Positions 1 through 9,606 of a stretch of 64,000 bases of DNA are shown in pieces. Under the pieces are notes generated by a model. It saw only the letters and a program-made list of their open reading frames with translations. It did no database searches and was not told the DNA's origin. The translations under genes were made by a program, and so were the position numbers. Where the stretch lies: assembly GCF_006345805.1 (NCBI RefSeq), contig NC_043000.1, positions 75,082,001-75,146,000 of the forward strand, read 5' to 3'. Origin of the DNA: Octopus sinensis (taxonomy: Eukaryota). The stretch's first letter is position 1. Each line of letters begins with the position of its first letter.

Positions 1-600
1 ACTGTGAGGTGACCACAATATTAATGTCTTCCAAAGAACCAGCATAGTTTCCTGATCCTTTGTTCTCAAGGTCCTCAGAATCCATCTATTATGTATGGGG
101 TTCCTTCCTCTTTAAAGTACCATATGTGGCTGGCCAGAGATTTGGTGTTGTATCTTTCCAGTATCCTTAAAGAGGGCTTGTGTTTGTTCAGACATTGCTT
201 AGACGAGACCGCAGTTGAACTGACATACTTTTGTGTCTGTGTACTGGATGTGCAACCACATCTGATGTTTCTTTGTTGTTGTTGCTTGAGTTGCTGCCAG
301 TGCTGATATTCCTGGATTTGATTCTGGTGGTTCCATTGCTGCTGACATAGCAGCTATTTCTAGATGCTATATTGGTGTTGCTACTGCCATCATAATTGTT
401 GGTATTGTTGTCTCTGTTACTTGATGCATTGCTGTTGTAGGTACCACCACCACTGTCGTTGTTGTTGTCAGCAGATGTGTCATTGCTGCTTTGGCTGTTA
501 TTCTGGCTGCTGTGGTGGCCACCCCCTCAGCTTTGCATTAGTCTTCCCTCCACATTCAGCAGTCATTGTACACCCTACATGAGCATTCTGCCTCTGCTCA
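1..600 (-). mobile_element. Degraded Penelope-like element, C-terminal part (N/S-rich linker plus GIY-YIG endonuclease)
   Basis: Minus-strand manual translation gives an N/S/T-rich run (SNDTSADNNNDSGGTYNSNASSNRDNNTNNY...NGTTRIKSRNISTGSN), then after a frameshift TQKYVSST...KQCLNKHK...NTKSLASHIWYFKEEGTPY. This parallels the EN domain at 6930-7287. The stretch ctggccagccacatatgg is shared with the PLE fragment at 61851. Confidence 0.6.
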
Positions 601-741
601 TGGTCTAAAGGTGTTCATTAAACGTTTCTTAATGTTTTGTGCACAACTGAAGGATGCCCTCTGTAATTGGCCATAACTTATGACTTCCTAAGAAATATAT
701 TACTTTAGAATGTACTTCTTTTTCAGATATATGAACTGCTG

Positions 742-785
<44 letters not shown>

Positions 786-917
786 CATGTATATACATAT
801 ATATATATAATATGAGAAAAAGAGAAAGAAAATGGAATTCACAGTAAATTACAAGGTTGTCAAGTGTTGGTGGGGAACATACACAGACACAAAGACACAC
901 ACATGCATATATAGATA

Positions 918-1074
918 GCAGGCTTCTTTTAGCTTCTGTCTACCAAATTCACTCATAAAGCTTTGGTCGGCCTGAGATTAATGTGAAACATACTGCCCCA
1001 GGTGCCACACAGTGGAACTGAACCCAGAATTGTGGTTGGAAAGCAAGCTTCTTATTACACAGCCATGCCTGCGC
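918..1074 (-). mobile_element. tRNA-derived SINE, 5' portion (same family as 32057-32452)
   Basis: Reverse complement starts gcgcaggcatggctgtg...ggttcagttccactg and matches the SINE heads at 32295-32452 and 44666-44828. Confidence 0.8.
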
Positions 1075-1096
1075 CTATATATATATGTATATATGT

Positions 1097-2200
1097 ACAG
1101 TGTGGAGGTACCCAGAAGTAACTGGAAACGTTCTCTGTGGAACAAGCCCATTGTTGTTCAGGCTTCTTCCACTAGAAGTCATTTGATGCAGCCCTCGAGC
1201 ATCAGTCAGCCAACTAGTGGTGTTGACTGAAGTCATACTGCCAAGTGGTGCGTCTTTGTTTTACAGTGCTTCTCCCCTATTTGTTGATTTTTGTGATGGC
1301 TGAAACAAAGGAACAGTGTGCTTCCATGAAATTCTGTTTTCTGCTGGAGAAAACAGCAGCCAAAACAGTTGTCATGCTTCAAACAGCTTACAAGGACATT
1401 GCCATGAGCAAAACATAAGTCCACAAGTGGTTTTCACACTTTAGGAATGGTTGCTTGTCGCTTGAAGACCAACCTCATTCAGGGCAACTGTCAACCTCCT
1501 GAACAAATGAAAACATCATGAAAATTCATGAACTGATCTTGGAAGACCATCACCAAACAATTGACAAATTTGTTGATATGACTAGTGTATCCTCAACTTC
1601 TTGCCAATGAATTTTGAGCGAGGAATTATGAAGGAAAAGTGTTGCAGCATAATTTGTACCTCGCTTACTCACAGAAGATCAAAAGCAGTCAGGACTGAAT
1701 GTGAGTCAAGAACTGGAAGAACAGTCAGAAGTTGATCCAAACCTTTTTCAAAAGTCATCACTGTTGATGGAAAGCTGGTGCTACAGCTACGACCCAGAAA
1801 CAAAGTAGCAATCAAGTCAGTGGAAGCATTCAATGTCACATAAAGCACATCAAATGAATTCCAATGTCAAGATGATGCTGATTTGTTTCATTGATGTGAA
1901 AGGAATTGTCCACACAGAATTTGCTTCTCCTGGTCAAACTGTTAACCAAATTTTACTTGGCAGTTTTGAAGTGTTTGCGAGATGCTGTAAGATGAAAATG
2001 CCTCAACATGTGGAAAAGTAGAGAGTGGTGGTTTTATCACAACAATACACCTGTGCACAATGCCTTGAGTGTGAGACAGTTTTTGTTAAAAATGGCATGA
2101 CCTCGCCTACCCACTCTCCCTATTCACCCAGTCTTGCTCCTTGTGATTTTTTTCTGTTCCCCCAAATGAAAAAAATCCTTAAAAGAAAACATTTTGCATA
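1097..2200 (+). mobile_element. Degraded mariner transposon, 3'-truncated
   Basis: HTH region (MAETKEQCASMKFCFLLEKTAAKTVVMLQTAYKD), ESWCYSYDPETK, KMMLICFIDVKGIVHTEF and YSPSLAPCDFFLFP motifs, with several stops and frameshifts. Confidence 0.9.
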
Positions 2201-2329
2201 TACTTTGTTAAAATATTCATTGTATTATAACAATTATTTTCATATAAGTTTTATAGCATAATAATTAATAATTATAATAATAAAAGAATACTTTTAACAT
2301 TTTCTCAAGAACCTCTTCATATTCACATT

Positions 2330-2955
<626 letters not shown>

Positions 2956-3101
2956 GTGAAATAGAAAGATGAATAATCTTGTAGCAGATTAATCAAAAGT
3001 TTAACCGATACCTTGGTAGCAAAAATCACAGCAGAAGACAGCACGGTTGGAGGTACAACCATATGGTGTTGCAACCGTGCGTTGGTGCGGATAATTGAAA
3101 T

Positions 3102-4742
3102 TAAAATATTATTGGTGAATTGAAGAAATGGAGCTGAACGAAGATTGAACAGAAATCGTTTTATTTCATTCTACACGTGTTTCGAAAGGCACAATTTACC
3201 AAAATCCGATTGAATAATGAGACCATATTGTGTCTTTCTCTTCAGGAAGAAATAGGAAATCCGTTGGAAAAAACAAAAACAGAACAGAGGCGGAGCAAAA
3301 CAAATCGAACTAGGCTCCTAAGAGCCCATGGCAAAACTGTTTATCAGTGTATGTTAAGAACCGGTGGTTGAAGATTTTAACGGGTCAGGCAGCGGCCATT
3401 CCTGTGGGTGAGGGTGTGTAGATGTTCTTTGTGACTGAGAATAAAGTTCTGACTATTTAAGGAATATTGGATGTTTTATAAGGGGCGAGAAAAAATCTAC
3501 TTAGAGACATGTGTGTGTTTACTGTTCTATATATGTGTGTGCTGGCGCAGGTTGGCAAGACCTCCGTCAAGGGGTAGAAAACATTTTTTGTGTACGTGTG
3601 TGCGTTTGATCGCTCGGCTGTCAGTGGTTAAGCCGCTCTACACAATGGCTACTGCAGTAAGAACCGTTGGGTGGCAGAAAAAAATATATTATGTTTTATG
3701 TGTGCGTGTGTTCGTCTGAACCTGCCTTGTCAAGGAAACCCCCCGTCATCAAAAAACAAAAAACAAAAAACAAAGCCCCGTTTATCTTACGGGAGTAATT
3801 CCCCTTGCAGTGGTTAATCGTAATTATCTTAAAGGCTATTTCAGAATTTGTTACCAAGGGCTATGGGTGCAGGTATTATTTATAAACGCTATTTAAAAGC
3901 CAGATAAGTGTAACGCCGCCAATGGGGGCATCGAAAAGCCGACTGTAAAAGTCCGTTTACCATCCGGCCTCTGGCGAACAAAATATGGAAGAGTTCGGAG
4001 ACACAAAGGTTGCACTTCCTTCTGCCCCTATCAAATGGGAGGGCCACCGACAAAATTGACCATTCCAGCCTGTAGCTTGAGTTCGTATCCTTCAATCGCC
4101 ATATTAGCTTGCTGAGTCCCGTGGTCTGGCGTTTGTTCATGTCCCGAAAAGTTGCGTAATGATTGGAGATTCGCAAAGCCAATCTTGACGATGAGGCCCC
4201 TACATAAGTTTAGACATCTGAGTCCGTGTAAACCTTGCATTGGTAGACGGCGTTTCTGATCTTGGAATTCGCCGACGTGAATCTTATTCTGCTAGGATTA
4301 GTTTCTGAAATTAGAACTGCGTTCCTGTCACTATATTTGTTACGAGAACTGCAGCCACTTACTACTTTATTTTCCACTACGTCACTATTAACTAACGGAA
4401 TAACCCCTGATTCTCCACTATCTATCAGAGTGCTGTCATTGCTAGTGCCCGTGGTGCTGCTATTGCGGGAAATGATGCTGGGGTTGCTATTGGGGCTCTC
4501 TACCCTACTCCCATTGTTACCGTCAACCACAACACCCCTATTTATAACTATACCCCTAGTGTGTACTCCTTGGCTGGAGCTGAGATTATGTGTCACTGTA
4601 CTGGATCTCATATTATTACTACTATAATTATTCCTACTGAGCATTAAACCGGGAGCGGAAGAGGCTGTGCCTCCGGAAAAAGGTGATAGGGTCTTAGTAA
4701 GTAGCCTATTATTATGGGAGGCGATTATCTGGGCGAGGTTTT
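3102..4742 (-). repeat. Left arm of 1.64-kb inverted repeat (copy of PLE 3' half)
   Basis: Base-by-base comparison with 6431-8074 shows 7 substitutions and one 3-bp deletion. Confidence 0.97.
3169..3248 (-). ncRNA. Type I hammerhead ribozyme motif, inverted copy
   Basis: Reverse complement of 7928-8007 with one substitution (3190) that adds a C-G pair to the stem II extension. Confidence 0.85.
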
Positions 4743-7287
4743 CTTCCACGAGAACGAAGATCTAAAATCGAACCGGACAACAGCATCGTCCGAATACGGC
4801 CGGCTTTTTAAAACATTGGATACGCCGCCACCTAACCCAAGACTGAAGAAGTTTGAGGACGACTTGTGGGACATAGTTAGAAAGATTAAGTTCAGGAAGT
4901 CACCCAGGAGAAATGTCCACCTCAGATACCTAGATAAAATTACCAAGGACATTAATAGAACGGACGGAGTCCTGGTCCAGTCCGACAAGACCAGGAACAC
5001 ATACAAGCTACCCATTAAGCAGTACCTAGATTTACTCGGTAAAGAGATCAAGAAAAATTATAGAAAAACCAATTGGAGTACCCTGAGGAAGGTAAACTTG
5101 GAAATTAAGGAAATAATATTTAAACACTGAATTCAAATGAGAACTCAGCCGCTTAGCCCTAAGCAACCCAGATTTATAGTGAAGGACCATAAACCGAACT
5201 TCCACACCAACCCAGCGCTAAGACTCATATGCCCTGCTAGCTCTGATATCGGGATAATCAGTAAGTACATTTTAGATAAATATATCCCTAGTTTAGTAAA
5301 CAAGCTGAAGCTCAGCCTCTGGGCCAACTCCTCGCAGGTAGTGAAGTGGTTCTCTTCCATCCCCAATAAGAACCGTACTAGGTTCATTCAGTTTGATATC
5401 GCCAGCTTCTACCCCTCGATTAACCCTAGTGTGCTCACAACAAGGCTGGCCTCACCAGAGAAGAGATAGATATCATTTTAGTTGCCAGGAAATCGTTTAT
5501 TAAGTTTGATAATAAGTTGTGGATCCGTAAAGATACTCCCAATGAATTTGATGTGCCTATGGGTAGTTCGGATAGTGCGCAGATAGCCGATTTGGTCGGA
5601 ATATATATTCTCTACGAATTGTCCGACCAATTCCCGGAGATCGCGGGCGGCCTGTATCGTGACGATTGTCTGTTTTACCTGCAAAACACCACGAACAGAA
5701 TAGTGCAGAAAACTAAGAGCAGGTTAGCTAGGTTTTTTAATAGAATGGGCATGAGTATAGTTTTTGATAATGAACTCACCAAGGCTAATTTCCTAGACGT
5801 TACACTTAACCTTAATAGCGACTCATACTGCCCTTACCATAAGCCTTCCACTAATTTGAAGTATGTCAGTGTCTTCTCAAATCATGCCAAAACCGTAACA
5901 GACAATTTGGTTAAAAACATCTCTCTAAGATTGTCTGGCTTGTCCGCCAGTGCCGATATTTTTATGCAGAAAGCGGAATTTTATAACGCCGCACTATCCA
6001 AGGCCGGTTATAGGCAGAAGGTAATTTATATTGATCCGGCCCTTCCGATGCCATCATTCGGTCATCAGGATAGGGCCGTCTATAATAACATAAACAATTT
6101 AAGTAGGGACGGGAGCGCGGCGGGTGCTGGGGCAGTCGCTCCCGCATTTAATTTAGCGAACAAGGACAATTATCGGTCCGGGAGATCTCACACTAACCCA
6201 AAACCCGTTATTCATCCGAGAATCACCCACCCGAATGCGAGAGCTGGCGTCCCGACCCATCACACAGATAGGAATAAGCATATATGGTTTGTAATTCCCT
6301 TTGGTAAGCAGATTAGAACTAACCTCCCCCTCATGTTTAGACAAGCCATCGCCAATAACTTCCCCAGAAATTCCAAATATTAACTCCACGGTTAACTCGC
6401 ATAAAGTTAGGATAGCTTTCTCCAACACTAAAAACCTCGCCCAGATAATCGCCTCCCATAATAATAGGCTACTTACTAAGACCCTATCACCTTTTTCCGG
6501 AGGCACAGCCTCTTCCGCTCCCGGTTTAATGCTCAGTAGGAATAATTATAGTAGTAATAATGATATGAGATCCAGTACAGTGACACATAATCTCAGCTCC
6601 AGCCAGGGAGTACACACTAGGGGTATAGTTATAAATAGGGGTGTTGTGGTTGACGGTAACAATGGGAGTAGGGTAGAGAGCCCCAATAGCAACCCCAGCA
6701 TCATTTCCCGCAATAGCAGCACCACGGGCACTAGCAATGACAGCACTCTGATAGATAGTGGAGAATCAGGGGTTATTCCGTTAGTTAATAGTGACGTAGT
6801 GGAAAATAAAGTAGTAAGCGGCTGCAGTTCTCGTAACAAATATAGTGACAGGAACGCAGTTCTAATTTCAGAAACTAATCCTAGCAGAATAAGATTCACG
6901 TCGGCGAATTCCAAGATCAGAAACGCCGTCTACCAATGCAAGGTTTACACGGACTCAGATGTCTACACTTATGTAGGGGCCTCATCATCAAGATTGGCTT
7001 TGCGAATCTCCAATCATTACGCAACTTTCCGGGACATGAACAAACGCCAGACCACGGGACTCAGCAAGCTAATATGGCGATTGAAGGATACGAACTCAAG
7101 CTACAGGCTGGAATGGTCAATTTTGTCGGTGGCCCTCCCATTTGATAGGGGCAGAAGGAAGTGCAACCTTTGTGTCTCCGAACTCTTCCATATTTTGTTC
7201 GCCAGAGGCCGGATGGTAAACGGACTTTTACAGTCGGCTTTTCGATGCCCCCATTGGCGGCGTTACACTTATCTGGCTTTTAAATAG
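4743..7287 (+). pseudogene. 5'-truncated PLE RT-EN reading frame with three lesions
   Basis: ORFs 4714-5130, 5137-5469, 5517-6383 and 6301-7287 join into one protein across an in-frame TGA (5128-5130), a frameshift with probable small deletion near 5435-5455, and a frameshift near 6378-6383. Confidence 0.88.
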
Positions 7288-8074
7288 CGTTTATAAATAA
7301 TACCTGCACCCATAGCCCTTGGTAACAAATTCTGAAATAGCCTTTAAGATAATTACGATTAACCACTGCAAGGGGAATTACTCCCGTAAGATAAACGGGG
7401 CTTTGTTTTTTGTTTTTTGTTTTTTGATGACGGGGGGTTTCCTTGACAAGGCAGGTTCAGACGAACACACGCACACATAAAACATAATATATTTTTTTCT
7501 GCCACCCAACGGTTCTTACTGCAGTAGCCATTGTGTAGAGCGGCTTAACCACTGACAGCCGAGCGATCAAACGCACACACGTACACAAAAAATGTTTTCT
7601 ACCCCTTGACGGAGGTCTTGCCAACCTGCGCCAGCACACACATATATAGAACAGTAAACACACACATGTCTCTAAGTAGATTTTTTCTCGCCCCTTATAA
7701 AACATCCAATATTCCTTAAATAGTCAGAACTTTATTCTCAGTCACAAAGAACATCTACACACCCTCACCCACAGGAATGACCGCTGCCTGACCCGTTAAA
7801 ATCTTCAACCACCGGTTCTTAACATACACTGATAAACAGTTTTGCCATGGGCTCTTAGGAGCCTAGTTCGATTTGTTTTGCTCCGCCTCTGTTCTGTTTT
7901 TGTTTTTTCCAACGGATTTCCTATTTCTTCCTGAAGAGAAAGACACAATATGGTCTCATTATTCAATCGGATTTTGGTAAATTGTACCTTTCGAAACACG
8001 TGTAGAATGAAATAAAACGATTTCTGTTCAATCTTCGTTCAGCTCCATTTCTTCAATTCACCAATAATATTTTA
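6431..8074 (+). repeat. Right arm of 1.64-kb inverted repeat (PLE linker, EN and 3' UTR/pLTR)
   Basis: Reverse complement of 3102-4742. Paired ORFs in the track, e.g. 3177-3371 + and 7805-7999 -. Confidence 0.97.
7928..8007 (+). ncRNA. Type I (minimal) hammerhead ribozyme motif in PLE 3' region
   Basis: ttc-CTGAAGA(7931-7937)-gaaag...ctttc-GAAA(7993-7996)-cacgtG-TA(cleavage after 8004)-gaa. Has a 3-bp stem I, paired stem II and palindromic stem III, as is typical of PLE hammerheads. Confidence 0.85.
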
Positions 8075-8810
8075 TATATATATATATATATCTTTCCCTC
8101 TCTTTCTCTGTCTTTTCATTTACATTTCCCTCTTACACTCTTCATCCTCCTACTACTGTAACTTCCTCTCTTTCTCTCTAACATTTCCTCCTTTATCTCC
8201 TGAACATGCTGTCTGCTCTAACTATTCCTCTCTACCTCAGAACACTAGAGAACACTACCTCAAAACACTAGAGAAGTCATATTATTTGTCTCTTCTATCC
8301 AGTGATCATCGCCAGGTCATATTTAATTAACACTATATCTGAATTCTCATTAATTCATTAAATTAGTACTTTTTTTCCCTTTTAGTGTTAATAGAGGGTG
8401 ATTATGTGAGACAACATGGTTGCTTTACCTGTAACAAATAGCAGCTAGATTGCCTTCAAACCACTTTCTACTGTCTCTTAGTAAAGACATATCTGATGAT
8501 GTATTTCTGGACATACTGTATCAGAAATAAAGAATGGCTGGTCAAGCTGAAACATCTTTGATTGTAGGTCTGCTAGCTCAAGAGAGGTATGGAGCTAAAT
8601 AATCAGATATATTTTATGTACATTATAAAATAAAAATTAAAAATCAGTGATGGCCTTTTCCCCATAAAAACCAACAACCACCTCAATGTGGTATAGGGGT
8701 GAAACAGAAATTTAGCTAATGATGGCAATGGTACTTCAATGATAATCTAAATAATAAATGATATACAAAGTAATCTTAAAAGACAAGAGATTTTAATGGA
8801 AAAAATTTCC

Positions 8811-9597
8811 TGTTTTACAGAAAAAGGGTTCAACAAAATGTTTAAACTTTAATTTTTTTTTAAATTGTTATTTTACAGAAAAAGGCTTAATAAAATGTTG
8901 AGCCTTGAAAGTTAGAAGCTAGAATTGAAACCATTTAAAAAAATTTAATTGGCATTTCGTTGTACTTTTTGAAATGCTCATCTCATTAGCAAACATCTTA
9001 TTTTCAAAGGTGCAGGGAATACCACTACTTCAATCCCCTTCTATTAATAAATGAAGATTAACTATATCATTTCTTTTAGGAGCACAAATAGAAGAATATG
9101 ATGGGGGATTAAGGACAGAAGGAGACAAATGATGGAATGGAGGAGAGAAAAGAAAAAGGAGGGGTGGAGGAGAGGAGAAACATGAAACAAAGGCAGTTCC
9201 AGGAAGAAGGATAATGAGCTATTCAAAGAGGAAAGATGGAAGGAGGTGAATGATGGAATGAAAGAGAGAAAAGAAAAAGAAAGAAAAGAGAAAAGGAAAA
9301 GAAGAGAGAAGAAGCAGGAAAGAGAGATAGGTCTGGGAAGAACCCAGATGAAGAGAAACGATTGAAAAATGGAATGGAGAGAAAAGGAAAAGAAAGAGGA
9401 GGAAGAGAAGGAAAGAGTTTATTATTAAAACTATTATTGGCAACAAAATGGGAATTAGAATTAAAAATTTTTTTTCTCAATTCCAGTTTCTAACTTTTGA
9501 AGGTTCAACATTTTATTAAACCTTTTTCTATAAAACAAATTTTTTTTAGAAAAATTTAAAGTTTGAACTTTTTGTTCAACCCTTTTTCTGTAAAACA
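8811..9597. repeat. Diverged ~120-bp inverted repeat pair (8811-8928 / 9477-9597) around a GA-rich tract
   Basis: tgttttacagaaaaagggttcaacaaaa...gttagaagctagaattga matches the reverse complement of tcaattccagtttctaac...cctttttctgtaaaaca. Confidence 0.7.
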
Positions 9598-9606
9598 CAT
9601 ATTTAT

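Larger units (their letters stand above)
2956..8074 (+). mobile_element. Young Penelope-like retroelement (RT plus C-terminal GIY-YIG EN) with a large 5' inverted segment, inserted in (TA)n
   Basis: RT motifs KDHKPNF, FDIASFYPSI, FDVPMGS, GGLYRDD (5655-5666) and FLDVTLNL. EN motifs AVYQC...YTYVG, RISNH, CNLCVSE, RCPH. 3102-4742 is the reverse complement of 6431-8074. (TA)n flanks both sides. Motif style resembles, from memory, the Hydra clade of C-terminal-EN PLEs; clade not verified. Confidence 0.93.

Noticed and set aside
918-1074. tRNA genes at SINE heads (also 18565, 32400, 44780, 60490)
   Set aside because: Only box A/B-like remnants followed by SINE body; no complete cloverleaf.
4262-4627. 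Hydrophobic 121/122-aa ORFs (also 6546-6914) as a membrane protein
   Set aside because: They are the antisense reading of the Asn/Ser-rich linker codons; no independent evidence.
5128-5130. In-frame TGA in the PLE ORF as a selenocysteine codon (as reported for some Naiad PLEs)
   Set aside because: Single occurrence, not at an evident Cys position, no SECIS recognised, and the ORF has two frameshifts as well. A point mutation is simpler.
7424-7470. TTGATGA...GAAC as a second hammerhead
   Set aside because: Core is altered and no convincing stems II, III and I could be drawn.
3102-8074. ADAR signature in arm differences (three of seven are A/G in element sense)
   Set aside because: Too few sites, polarity unknown, one is explainable by CpG decay, and transitions dominate anyway.
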